A stretch of 64,000 nt of DNA from Antedon mediterranea. Its lineage: Eukaryota; Animalia; Echinodermata. Made by a program: the position numbers and the translations under genes. The stretch is from the NCBI RefSeq assembly GCF_964355755.1, contig NC_092673.1, positions 19,651,648-19,715,647 on the forward strand. The letters run 5' to 3'. The first letter of the stretch is position 1. Every line of letters begins with the position of its first letter. This document shows, one piece after another, positions 51,319-64,000 of this stretch. The notes beneath the pieces were generated by a model. That model was not told the DNA's origin. It searched no databases and was given only the letters and a program-made list of their open reading frames with translations.

Positions 51319-52825
51319 AGTAAGTGAAGTTTTAATTATCAAGATTTTGGGGTAAACCAATTTTCATTGCAAAGGACAGATGTTCAATTTCTTTTTCCAA
51401 TGCTTTGATAAACTGATTTTGAAAATGTTCTCATACTGATCATATGATGAGCTCTGTAAATTGTGTGCATGTACGGTATCCATGCATTGTGCTATTGAAA
51501 AACTCTTTAAACTTATAGAGAATCATTGTGAGGATGTATGTAATTTATTTATAATTTCTGAACCATGCCTTATGTAGATGTGAATGAATTATGCACATTT
51601 ACAGGTTTATTAGTTTTCTTCTTTCATTAGCATTGACTATAATCACAAATGATGCAGTCATTAAAAATACAATTCACGGGGTAGGGGTACAAAAACGGTT
51701 TTTAGAGTCAAAGTAATATTGATGGATAATATGGTGCATAATTAGCAAGCAAGGTGATTGTTTACAACTGGAAATGTTTTGTGATCGATTAGGAGCTACC
51801 TGTTTCAGAGCATAGATTTCATTTTTATGAGTTATTATAGGGGTCAAAAGGCTAATGATGACCTCTCAATAATTTATTTTGGGATCAATTGCTTTCCCTG
51901 ACAAACCTGTTTCTGTGTATAAGTAGTGCGTCATCAATGCACTACAAAACCAACATATGATATATTAGGGACTTTTAGATTTGAGTGAACGTGAACTAAA
52001 TCCACGTCCACATGGGTCGTAGTCGACTGTTACTCGTCGACAGATATATGAACGCAACCTTTTTTGACTCCGACCCCATGATCCTATTTTGGTAATTCTC
52101 GCGACCCAACATTGCGTATTTGAGCCACAGACCTGCCATGTTAAGTGACACCCATAGATGGCCGGAAATGGTACTGTCGCACGTAAAAATCCATATAAAA
52201 GGCACCTCTAGTCCACTATAATAATAGCGCGCTCGCAATTGGCAAAAGGATCGTAGCCTACTTTTTCCGCCGGTACACACATTTGTGTTCAATGCTAACA
52301 TCCCGAACCATAAAAAGTTCCCCTGGCTAGGAACAACATCGCTATGAGTGTAATTTGGTAGGGACCTGTTTCTATTGAATGTTCATTGTAAATGTTCCCA
52401 CCGCCGGTGCATCAAAGGATGCACTTTTTCAGTCAAGTTACACACTCATTGCAAACTACAGAAAAATAGCGTCATAGAACCAGTTGGTAGATTATTAAAT
52501 TCACGCCCTAAAAGGGGATTCCCCACTTGTATATTAGCAACGAACTATGTGTCAAAAGCGTCCATTGGCCCGTCGTCAATTCCCAATTGTGTGTACGCTA
52601 CTCGCCTCAAAAAAAAAACTGTAGATGTAAAATATAATTAGCCTTTGTAGATTACCTTTCACATCTAGATCAGTTTATACTTTCTAAAAGGTTTCAGTAT
52701 CTGAAACATTCTCGATCCATCAATTTGTTTTCGCGACCCAAACATTGGGTCTTGACCCATAGGTTGCGGAACGGCGGTTTAGATTAAGTGGATATTTTTT
52801 TTATTTTTTTTTTTTTAGAATTTAG

Positions 52826-53440
52826 GATTTATAATACAAAGAATATAATGTAACTTATTATTATAGGAATAAAATAATTAGAGTGAGTAGTAAATGTAAC
52901 TTATAATTAGAGTGAGCTGTGTTTTTGTAGTTGTTCCTAATAGCTGATTATAGATATAGAAAATTGTTGAATTTAATTAATATTATATATCATATTCGAA
53001 TAATGATGATTATTAAACAATATTTAAAACAATGCTGAATTTATTACTTAAAATTGAAAATGATTTTGTGGACTTTCTTGAATTTTTATTCATAAATCTT
53101 AAAACAGTAATTATGATAAGAATGCTATCTACTGAATTTATTTCCTGAAATTAGAAATGATTTTGTGGCATTTCATTAATTATACTGTATTAATATTCAA
53201 ATAATGATTATGATTTCAACAATAATTATGATGCTAATCTACAGAATTTATTACATTGGAAAATATTGTGGTGTTTTATGAATTTATATTTATTATTTAT
53301 ATTATAATCTTAAAAAAACAATTACAATTTCTGTAACTGTTATACTAAATGTATTGATACTGTTTTTCATTCGTATAGATCTCTCAGAAGATTTAGCCCA
53401 ATGATGCAATAAACATGGACATTCTATTCATACAAATGTT
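52826..53440 (+). repeat. Paralogous copy of the gene 1 last intron and terminal exon (about 31040-31670)
   Basis: Collinear similarity including the acceptor ...gtatag|atctctcaga and ttagcccaatgatgcaataaacatggacattctattcatacaaatgtt. Confidence 0.85.
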
Positions 53441-54436
53441 AGATGACGTTAAAGTGTTGAAAACTGGTACCAGTACAATCTATCCGCGAATTTATTAGGG
53501 ATTTGGTTGCGATTTAATGTTAGCGTGTCATACCTCAATGTACAATACTGTAGATACCCTGGTAACCCAGAATTAAAACACACTAGTTATTGTCTGTGGT
53601 GTTCTCTTTCCACAAAAAAAATTGGTGTCCCCCTATAATAGGATTAAATCAACCATTTTTAAATTACTTTCATATACTAATGGCTTATTTCATGAACGAA
53701 TTATTTTTTAAATTAAGGTGATGCAAAATATTACTATAAAATAATAATGTAAACAAGATGATTTATTTGTGTATAAAAAGACAATTTACAATAAAATCCT
53801 TTCTAATTTTAATCAGTTGTATTTGTCATTGTGTGCATATGTTTTGATGTTGTGGAGCTTTCTGAAAAAAAAAAAATGAGCATGAAACAAATTCCCAAAT
53901 GATGCTAAGATAACTTTTGATTATGATAAGTTCTATAATATCTGAATGTGTATTCGGTTTACAAAGCAACCAATAATATCATAATTAGATGCAACTGATT
54001 TTCAGCGAGGCCGATTTCATATGTCACCGTGTATTCTGCACATGAGTAGTTAATTAAAGAATTATTATACAAAAAAATGTATTTTTGATATAATTACATT
54101 ATATAGGCCTTATAGTCACTGTAGTATTTATTTGTTAGCATACCCTAGTAGCCCTTTAAAGTACTATGTTGTTTGAATGATGCGCCCTCTATAAAAAAGT
54201 ATACCAATGCATGAAGATCGTATGTCAACAAAAACACATGTTAAACTGAACTTTTTTTTGTTGCATAATATAATAGGCCTATCCCCCTAGCCTAGGCCTA
54301 TTTTTTTTTCACGTAGGAAAATATCTTTAACAAAATGTTTAGCATTAGCATCACATTCTTACATTCATAACTGCAAACATGCCACCAAAAACTTCAGAAA
54401 AATTGATAGTATGTATACTTTAAATTTGTTCGTAAA

Positions 54437-54975
54437 TTTATGTTATGTAGAATAGAATTTATGTTATGTAGACTAGAATTTGTGTTATGTAGACTAGAAT
54501 TTATGTTATGTAGACTAGAATTTATGTTATGTAGACTAGAATTTATGTTATGTAGACTAGAATTTATGTTATGTAGACTAGAATTTATGTTATGTAGACT
54601 AGAATTTATGTTATGTAGACTAGAATTTATGTTATGTAGACTAGAATTTATGTTATGTAGACTAGAATTTATGTTATGTAGACTAGAATTTATGTTATGT
54701 AGACTAGAATTTATGTTATGTAGACTAGAATTTATGTTATGTAGACTAGAATTTATGTTATGTAGACTAGAATTTATGTTATGTAGACTAGAATTTATGT
54801 TATGTAGACTAGAATTTATGTTATGTAGACTAGAATTTATGTTATGTAGACTAGAATTTATGTTATGTAGACTAGAATTTATGTTATGTAGACTAGAATT
54901 TATGTTATGTAGACTAGAATTTATGTTATGTAGACTAGAATTTATGTTATGTAGACTAGAATTTATGTTATGTAG
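54437..54975. repeat. 21-bp near-perfect minisatellite (ttatgttatgtagactagaat), about 25 copies
   Basis: Directly visible tandem array. Confidence 0.97.
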
Positions 54976-56606
54976 CATTATACTGAACTCATCTATATAT
55001 AAAAAATATTATACATAACTAGCATTAGTAACATCTTCGACGGGTGTGAGCCCCGCTGATTTCAACCACGCCGAGAAAACTTAACGTATGTAAAATAATA
55101 AGTAAGAATTGCAATTGAAGTCTTATTTTTTATGTTTTAAATCCATTTGTACACAAAGGATTGAAAGAAAGTTATGGTAGGCTAAAGCTAAATGCTAATT
55201 ATAAATATGCAATGTTGCGGTCAGTAAAATTCATTGTAACAAAATTAAATACAACATTTTACATACACTTGCAAGTGTTACGTACGTCCGTAATCTGAAG
55301 TTCATAAAGAAAGTCCACTGTTATTTACGAATTTGAAAGTATTGCTAGAAAATATTGAAAGAATTTTGAAAATGATGGTACGTCTGTAGATAGGCAAATA
55401 ATTAAATATTATTTTAATTAATGATTACCATTATTACACAGTACAGAAATATGTTTCCTTACAGGTAGTAGCCGTTTACTACTGAAATACAATACTGATG
55501 AGATATCAAATTTGACGCTTTTATCTTTACTGTATTCATGTAGGAAGCTTATAGAAGAACTTTAAAAATTACTGCATGGGCTTATACATTAACACTTATT
55601 TCTGTAGGACTTTCATTACAAAGGTTTACTTGGATTGGATAGACAAAAAATAACATAGCTACAGTATATGGGAAAAAATGTTAAGGCGTGTAACGTTTTA
55701 TAAACTTGAAATAAGCAGACTCAGGTGGTCCAACGTTGACAATCCTGAATACCATGATACAATAGGACTTGTACAGTAGGTACAGATTTAATTGCACTGC
55801 AAAGTAAAATTAAAATGCATTCCATACTTTTTGATTACAAATTAGGAAATCCAGAGTAAACAAATCATGATAGGCATCAAAAGGTATAGCCGTAATTATA
55901 ATTAAGATTCTGTACCAATGATAAGCTGGTAATTATCTGGTGGATTGGTAGAATAATGAAGAATACTACGTTCAAAATGGAAGTGAACTGAAGTAATCCA
56001 CGACCATGTGGATTTTCTTTTACTTAAAAATGGTGTCTACCCTATAGACTCACCTCTCTTTAAGTGTAATGCTGTTGTTTTTTTCTTGTTTCCTGCTTGT
56101 ATAGGCTTAATGAGAAAATCTGGAAATTCCACATTTCATAGCCTTTTGATCCAGAGGTCATTTTTAGTCCTAATTTAATAAATATTTGGTTTACAAACTT
56201 TTTATATAGACCATGACCATATCCGTTGCAAGATTGATGTTGAGTTCAAAATTCACACCAATCAGAGTTTGTACCGCGTCGTGCATAGAGGACAAACTTT
56301 TGTGTTTGCCTTAATATATTATATACAGATATAACTGTATTATGGTATATTAAAATGGCATATTCAACAACAAAAAATGTAAGAATCTTTAAATTATTAT
56401 TGATATGTAATTTTGTTTGTTTTTTATCTAACATTTTGAAGCAAAGAGTTTCACAAAAAGAAATTAAGTAAATGTAACAAATGCGGCCTCTATTTTCAAG
56501 GAGATGTACATTTTCGGAGGCACAAATAAATAAATCGGACATTCATAACTAGAAACCTCTTTGACTGCTTTATTATTAATTTTCATAATTTATGGCTGTT
56601 TCACAG

Positions 56607-58028
56607 GGCAAAGTAAAATGGACAGAATGAAAGCAAACAAGTAAGGTGTATTTCTAATAATAATAGTTCATTCTTATAGCGCATATAGGCAAGCTCTCAA
56701 TGCGCTCCTTATATAGCGCATATAGGCAAGCTCTCAATGCGCTCCTTTTATAGCGCATATAGGCAAGCTCAATGCGCTCCTTATATAGCGCATATAGGCA
56801 AGCTCTCAATGCGCTCCTTATATAGCGCATATAGGCAAGCTCTCAATGCGCTCAACATTATTACCAAAGTCATAAATAATAATAATAGTTCATTCTTATA
56901 TAGTGCATATAGGCAAGCTCTCAACATTATTACCAAAGTCATAAATAATAATAATAGTTCATTCTTATATAGCGCATATAGGCAAGCTCTCAATGCGCTC
57001 CTTATATAGCGCATATAGGCAAGCTCTCAATGCACTCCTTATATAGCGCATATAGGCAAGCTCTCAATGCGCTCCTTATATAGCGCATATAGGCAAGCTC
57101 TCAATGCGCTCCTTATGTAGCGCATATAGGCCAGCTCTCAATGCGCTCCTTATATAGCGCATATAGGCAAGCTCTCAATGCGCTCCTTATATAGCGCATA
57201 TAGGCAAGCTCTCAATGCGCTCCTTATATAGCGCATATAGGCAAGCTCTCAATGCGCTCAACATTATTACCAAAGTCATTTTTTTTTTTATCAAATGCGC
57301 AAGGAAATATACTCCAGAATGCAGATAGTAATCAGCGCAAAGTTGTGAAATTAATATATAAAATAACATTTTTGTTGAAAACAACACCTAATACATTTTG
57401 AAAGGTCATATCCCACATATTTAAAAATAATTTTCAACAACAAAAAATGAGGATGATTTTATATATATTATTTTTATATATACTGTATATTATATTCCTA
57501 AAAAGGTTTTTAGGAATTAACATTATTTTGTTGACTTGTAATGTTTTATTTCCCCAAATAATGTTGTGCTGCTATTTAAAAGAAGTTCTGTTTATAAATT
57601 ATTTTGTAGAAAAACTGCCAAAACAATAAAACATGAACAAGAAAAAGAAAGAGATGTGTCTGAAAAGGAAATAAAAGGTGAAAATAAAACAAGTTATAGT
57701 TGTTTATAATTCACACATTTACCACAATTAAATTTTTGGACTCTCAGAGGACAAAGTAATGAACCAATGTTATGTAAAAGTGTATTTCAATCCATTTCAC
57801 CATTGGAAAGCCATTATGGCACAATGTTTTAAGAACTGTGCTTTAAAATATATTGCTTTAAAATCTGTATGTGTTTTTCTAATGCAGAAAATAAATTTGT
57901 ATGAACTGTAAAGGGGTCTTATCTAATTCTAACAAACATATTGTACTTTTATTATCAATTTGTTATAGGTGAAGATTACACTTACTAATGCTTAGTCTGC
58001 TGAGCTGAGAACATACCTAGCTGGACAG
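56607..58028 (+). other. Candidate upstream exons of gene 3 (56607-56640, 57610-57677, 57969-58028)
   Basis: Good AG/GT sites. The first two join in frame (MDRMKANKKTAKTIKHEQEKERDVSEKEIK); the third contains stops in that frame. Confidence 0.35.
56670..57260. repeat. 37-bp minisatellite derived from a SINE 3' end
   Basis: Unit ccttatatagcgcatataggcaagctctcaatgcgct; continues into SINE-like sequence to about 57350. Confidence 0.85.
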
Positions 58029-58984
58029 GTAAGTTATTTATTATTTACTGTATTAATTAAACATATAGAAGGACATTATAAGAAAAAACACACCACCCCG
58101 CTTGAAAAAAATGTTAATTGAATTGACAAATTGTATCGAAAACACACTAGTTCATCTCAGATAATAGTAACATTTAAGCATTTCTTCATATTTTTTTATA
58201 TAGATTGCTTGAGCCATGGTGTCAGTCAGTATGAGTATGAGATGCATTTAAAAATATAATACATTTATAAAGCTTATAGTCTACACTGACAAACCTTCGT
58301 TTGCAAACTCTGAGTTTTCAAAGTCTACCTTGTAGACCAGTTGACAAACTTTGAAAACTGCAGAAAACAAGTTTTCACAAGTCTACACTAGCAAACTTTG
58401 AAAATAGACCTGATTTTTGTGTTGAGTTGGTGTTTACTTTTTAACTCTCAATAACCTTTTAATAGTAAAATAAATTTTATAAACAATTCATAGTTGAAGA
58501 TTCAAATAATTCTCTGATCACATTATGGCACTGAATGGTCAATTTACTCAATGGAAATATGAATGGCCAGAACTATTAGTACATAACAGAATATAATCTT
58601 GCAGCCTGCTGGAAATAATGCTGTCAAAGGAATCGTGTTTTTGCAAATTTTGAAACCACTATTTTATCCATTTTTTCATTTTTCTTTTAGTTGTGTTAAT
58701 GTTGAAATTACTATTACAGTATAATTATTATTATGTATGTATTAACATGTTAATGCTTGTGAAGGTTATTGGTCTGCTCTTGTGAATATAAACAGAAGGT
58801 CTCAATAGAATTGAGCCCATTTGTCTGAAATAATACTTACTACTATCTGGCAACACAGAGTCAGATGTGCGGCAAACTCTTTTTCAACGCGGTGGATCGA
58901 TGATAATGATTACAATTTTTTTATTTTGAAAGGCCAATTGCATTTTTAATATTAACCACTGAAAAATATCCGAAAATGCAAGTT

Positions 58985-59288
58985 AATAATAATATCCTGG
59001 ATTTATATAGCGCCTAATGTTGTGAAACCTCTAAGCGCTGAACATTATTACCCCAATCATTTTTTTAATCAAACACGTATGGAAACATACTCCCATAATG
59101 CAGCTAGTAATCAGTGCAAAGTTGTGTCTTGATCTAAACCAGTGTTCCCATTTATACACCTGGGTGGAGAGAGGCAAACGTAAAGTAAAGTATCTTGCCT
59201 AAGGATACAAGCAATGCGGCGAGAGTTAGATTCAAACCTTGATCTCATGATCTGTAGTCAAACGCCCAACACAATGCGCCACACGCCC
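58985..59288 (-). mobile_element. tRNA-derived SINE
   Basis: On the minus strand: GGCGTGTGGCGCA A-box-like head, GGTTTGAATC B-box-like motif, central conserved block (plus strand cccatttatacacctgggtggagagaggca) and an (ATT)n tail. Confidence 0.75.
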
Positions 59289-60747
59289 TTACAAAATGTT
59301 CTGCCGGTTTAGGAAGAAAAAAAATTCGGAAAATAATAATAGCGACTACGCAACTATCAGATGTTTCTGAGCGTATGCAGAGTTTTTTTTACTTGATAGT
59401 TGCATAGTCTAGTAACATGTGAAAACAAAAAGTTGTTTATAAGGCAACAAAAATAAAAAAATATCGTATACATAATAAATATTTTTTAATTTTCTAAATC
59501 GTTTGAAACAACATTTATCTAATAAAAAGAACAAAACTACATGATTCAAATAATAAACAGGGAGTCTGATTGTTTGTTACATTTTTAGTTTTTGCCAAAT
59601 CATTTATTTGATTTTCAAACAGCAAAGAGTCACATGACTGTGTGTTGGCCTAGTGTATGTGTTTACTCGAGGTTTGTTCACTGTATACAGACTTAAAAAT
59701 AGTCCAATATCCTGACTGGGAAATTTCTAGTCAATGTTTTTAGACACGTACAATAAATTATCATTTCCTCATAATATTCAAAACCATAACAATACCATTT
59801 TCTATTAAATAGGCTGTATGCTAGGTTGATTATCAATATGAAAGTTCTGTGACACACAGAACACGGTAAAATGTGTGTTTGTGATTTGCATAACAATAAA
59901 CATCTTCATTACACAGTTTGCATCCTTATAGAGATGCGCAATTATAATTATACTATACCACCAGTGAGAGTCTAGACATACATAGCCTACGAGGGTAATT
60001 TTATGGAGCAGTAATTCTGTTTTAGATTCAGTTGTAGCGTGAGTTATATCTATCATTATTATTATTTAATACTACAGTAATTTTATTTAATATAGACTGT
60101 TTGATGTAATCAGAAATAGCCAGTAGATAGCTAGTAAACAATGCTACACTGACAGTGGTTTAGCATAGAATATGTACAGTAACAACTAATACAGAAATAT
60201 TGTGCAATTAGAACTAAACAAGGCCAACAGCCATAAGTCGCGTGCTAAAACGCATAGTGATACCGGACCGACAGACAGACCGACAGACAGACAGACCGAC
60301 AGACAGACCGACCGACATAGTGAACTATAGAGTCGCGTCCATGCGACTAAAAATTGTAAATAACATTCACTTGCATATTATGAAAATATTAAATATGAAA
60401 TGATGTAGCATGCTGCCAATCTATAGATTAGATTAACTTTTAGGCCTTTCTTTTTGTTATTTTTGTATGTGTTTTTATATTTATATCTATATTTTCATCC
60501 TGTAATTGGTGTATACTGTTGGATGTGAAAGAATAAAATACAAAATACAAAATATATTGCAGGCCCGTAGTAGGCAGGCGGATGGGGATTATGGTTTGAA
60601 TAAACCCCTTTGTCTGCAAACCCTCATTTCCCAGCAAGCCCTTTTGATTTATGAGGATAAGAAACATCAAATCATGTCAGGACAAGATGTCTTTAGATAG
60701 GGGTGTGACCAGGGAGTTGTTACAAATCCATGGTTTGAACATAGATA

Positions 60748-60890
60748 TAAAGCTCTGTCTACACTATCAAACTTTATGTGATGTGCCCATATGGACATGA
60801 TGACATACCATAATTGGGCATATCACTACCATATTTGGGCACATGACACCATTTTTGTCAAACTAGTTTGATGTGTAGAGAGAGCTTTAT
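60748..60890. mobile_element. Short MITE (Harbinger-like)
   Basis: TIR taaagctctgtctacactatcaaact / agtttgatgtgtagagagagcttta. Confidence 0.6.
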
Positions 60891-62926
60891 AGTAGTTTAC
60901 TCTTTCATTTTCTCCTTCTTGGACTACCTAAGGCATGTGGTGCACCCTAACCTTGTGTTGCTCCCAGAGCCTGAATTAATTTTAGCGGCTATTCAATACC
61001 TGAACAATGACTCAACATCATCTGTTGAAATTTCATGTTTAACTAAATTTGTTTATACCACACTTTCATTTCAAAAGATATAAATAATATAAACTGACAT
61101 TTCTGGTTTATTTTAACATTTGACTGAAAGTTATGTATCTGTCTCTACAAATGTTTGTGAAAAAATTATATAAGGTTAAGGATATATCTAATATGTAAAA
61201 TTTCCTAACCACATATTGATTGTGTGTGTATTGTTCACCATCATGTAACATTTGCTATTGTTAAGCCACATTGATATTATAATATGTATTGTGCATGTGA
61301 GGTTCAAGGGTTACATCAGTCTTAGAAGACGTCTATGGAAATGAACAAATCAATAATGCACAAACACAATGGTACTGTAAATTGTAAAAAAATGGATATG
61401 GATGTCAACATGTATTTTGCTTTTTGCATAGCTGGTTATGCAAGTTTCTCTGTAATTTCTGGCACTTTAACCTCTGAACCTTGGAAGCCTCCCTTTCTCC
61501 CAGCCTAAAGTTGCTCACTCCACTAGCAAAAACATAATAAAGTTACTGGATTTGTTCTTTAGTTCCCCTCACACCTTCTAAAACAATTTTCTAGTTAACC
61601 CAGGGTATTTTTTTTCTAGGAATGATATGTTATATATTTATATATATTATAAATTTTAAGTTCTGTTGTCATAGAATAAAAAATACTATAACATGCCGTA
61701 GAAACTAATCGTAAAATGCACAGATGATAATACTGTTTTATTTGGCAATATATATCAAGCATTTATAAAGACTCTGAAGCCCTCTAAACACACAAAACTC
61801 ATATTTAGGAACCCTATAGCATCATATTTTCTGTATTCCTTTAAGATTGGTAAGATATATTCGTCATTAAATGTGTTATGCTGAATTACAGTATATACCA
61901 CCATGGTAGTTAAAAAGCTAGTTACAACCATTCTCTTCTGGGAATATCTGTACTAATATATTTCTTGACTGTGTCTTAAATGTTGCATAATCTCCAGGTC
62001 ACTTTTAGTGATACGTTCGAACAAATGCATCAATTATTTATTATATTATCATTATAACATAGAATCAATGTTTTTTGGACATATTAAAGGTGTATTGTCC
62101 TCCTGAAAATATAATTCTTATGCCATTTTAATGTCACATTAAATAGTTATCCGCTATGACCAAAAGTTGGATTGAAAAAAAAAATCGTATTTAACTTAAA
62201 AAACCCCTGTAATTTAAAGCAAAAATCAGTCAAATTAGCTGCCAGCCAACGGGTTTTTGGTTGAATTTAACCATTTATTAGAGTATATCATTGTATGACT
62301 GAACAAATTATTGTTTTTCTTTTTTTTTCTATAGAAGTGATTAACTTTATTAAAACTACAAAATAACCTATAGTATTCAAAGTCTGATTTAATTAATCTT
62401 CATTTTTCAAGTTTTTGGGGGACAATACAATATCTTTAAGCGACTCCCTTCTATTTTAGTTATATCATGGACGAATAACAACTAGTTTACCTCCATGGTT
62501 ATATAAAGTAGCTGAATTATTAGCTTTTCTTAACCAAGCATTCCTCTCTCCAGACTAGACAATCACAATACTGTATGTTTGGTAACATTTCCACTCAAAG
62601 AAACAAAAGTCTAAATATCATACATTATTGAGTTAGGAAATAAAGACTTTAGTTTAAGAATTTTGAAGTCATAAAATTGTCTCAAACATTTTGGGGTTCA
62701 GTTTCTTCAAATCAATAATCAAATTATCTATAATTCAAAGTGATATTGTTAAAAATCACACAAAGTGTGAACATGATTTATTTCTTTATTCTTTATGGAT
62801 TTATTGTAGATGGTGTCATTTTAAGAATCTTCCATGCAATATAATCTGTAACCATAATTACATGACACCATTGGATGTAATCAGTAGTGTACAGGCTAAA
62901 TAATATTCTTTTATGGAATTTTGCAG

Positions 62927-63445
62927 GCTAAAGCAAACTTTGAAATGGAAACAAATTTCCAGCAACTGAAATTGTCTTTCAGTGGACACTATAGAGGTGA
63001 CAAGTATAAGTGGCTGAGGTTCTTCCTTTCGATCACGTAACTGTAGAGGATATTACACATTCTTTTAATAGTGATTTTTTAATAGACAAACTCGAGCAGG
63101 AAAGTATAATCTCACCACAGAATGTCAGCCTTCTGTTAGATATTGCTTTAGTAACACAATTGACGGATGCCGTAGATCTGGTAATTCAGTATATGAATGT
63201 CAATGGTCAATACACTGATAAAGAAATTTCAAAATATCGAAAACAACTATTTGAGGTCTTAAGAGAAAGTGAACAAACTAATTTGAGCAGGGTTATTGCT
63301 CACTATGGTATGAAGTCAACTGAAATTAAAGATATTTGGGATGCAGTTTTGATGTTAGAGATTTGTGGCGATTTAGAAGATGACAATGACAAAATTAAAC
63401 ATTTTGAGAGTCTTCTTAAAATAAGCTCAAAGGAAGCACTAACTG
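62927..63445 (+). pseudogene. Gene 3: tandem DED-like exon paralogous to 30045-30581, with a 1-nt frameshift near 63027
   Basis: METNFQQLKLSFSGHYRGDKYKWLRFFL aligns with gene 1 NNFRDLKAGLSRCFDGERYHWIRFLL; the frame then shifts to FDHV...ISPQNVSLLLDI...ISKYRKQLF...IWDAVLMLEICG. The phase-1 donor is at the same position as in gene 1. Confidence 0.75.
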
Positions 63446-64000
63446 GTAATAATTTTTTCCTTTTGATTGTATAGTTTTAATTTTTTAGGGTAAAAAAAAG
63501 ATAATAACATCAGAGGGTTAACTAAGGCAATGTAAAGATGTAAGCCCACCGTAAAGTAATTTGGTAGGTCATTCAAACTGCTTGTGATTGATCAACTCAC
63601 TTGCGTTGCGCCTACATTGTTGCGTTGTGTCCAAGTAGGAACCAAGCTTAAGCTATCTTTTGTACAGTAGATCAACTTTATATTGTGAATGAAAATATGG
63701 CGGTGCAGAGATTAAAGCTTCAAAACGCTTCCCTGCTCAGCATTGTTTGTCATCTATTGAAGTTGTCTTCCGTTTTGTGTGAAAAGTGTATCCCTTGTGG
63801 TCAGCAGCTTGATATTTGACCTAGGCATATGAAAATTGATTCACATGTTCCCATACAGCAATGAAACCAGTCTTTAAAATCTTATCGGGAATCGGGAAAT
63901 AAATTTTTGAGTAATCCTGCTAACTAACAAACACACACAAACACACCCGATCTACCTCATAACCTCTTGCCATTCTGGCAGAGGTAATAAGTATTAAAAT

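Noticed and set aside
54394-55018. LHNINSS / MLCRLEF repeat proteins
   Set aside because: Translation of a near-perfect 21-bp minisatellite.

Overview
AT-rich, intron-containing animal genomic DNA (invertebrate; the AGGCCTA-rich stretches suggest an echinoderm, but that is inference). I assembled by hand a cluster of three related + strand loci from GT-AG sites with consistent exon phases. Gene 1 (about 3447-30880, about 1184 aa) encodes an ankyrin N-cap, six single-repeat ankyrin exons (108 bp, phase 0-0), a C-cap, a ROC GTPase, a COR domain and tandem death-effector-like domains. Gene 2 (about 45417-51318, about 241 aa) is an ankyrin-only paralog with five diverged ankyrin exons and a stop at the end of the C-cap; about 17 kb corresponding to ROC-COR-DED is missing. 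Gene 3 (62927-63445) is a tandem-DED paralog exon with a 1-nt frameshift. Variation among the ankyrin exons is concentrated in one short, non-synonymous patch, which suggests a diversifying, exon-modular innate-immune or death receptor family. An intact, very young Ty3/Gypsy retrotransposon (5104-11734) sits inside the ankyrin exon array. The rest of the window holds LINE and DIRS relics, MITEs, Helentron-like elements, SINEs and many minisatellites. No databases were searched; domain and family names come from motif recognition.
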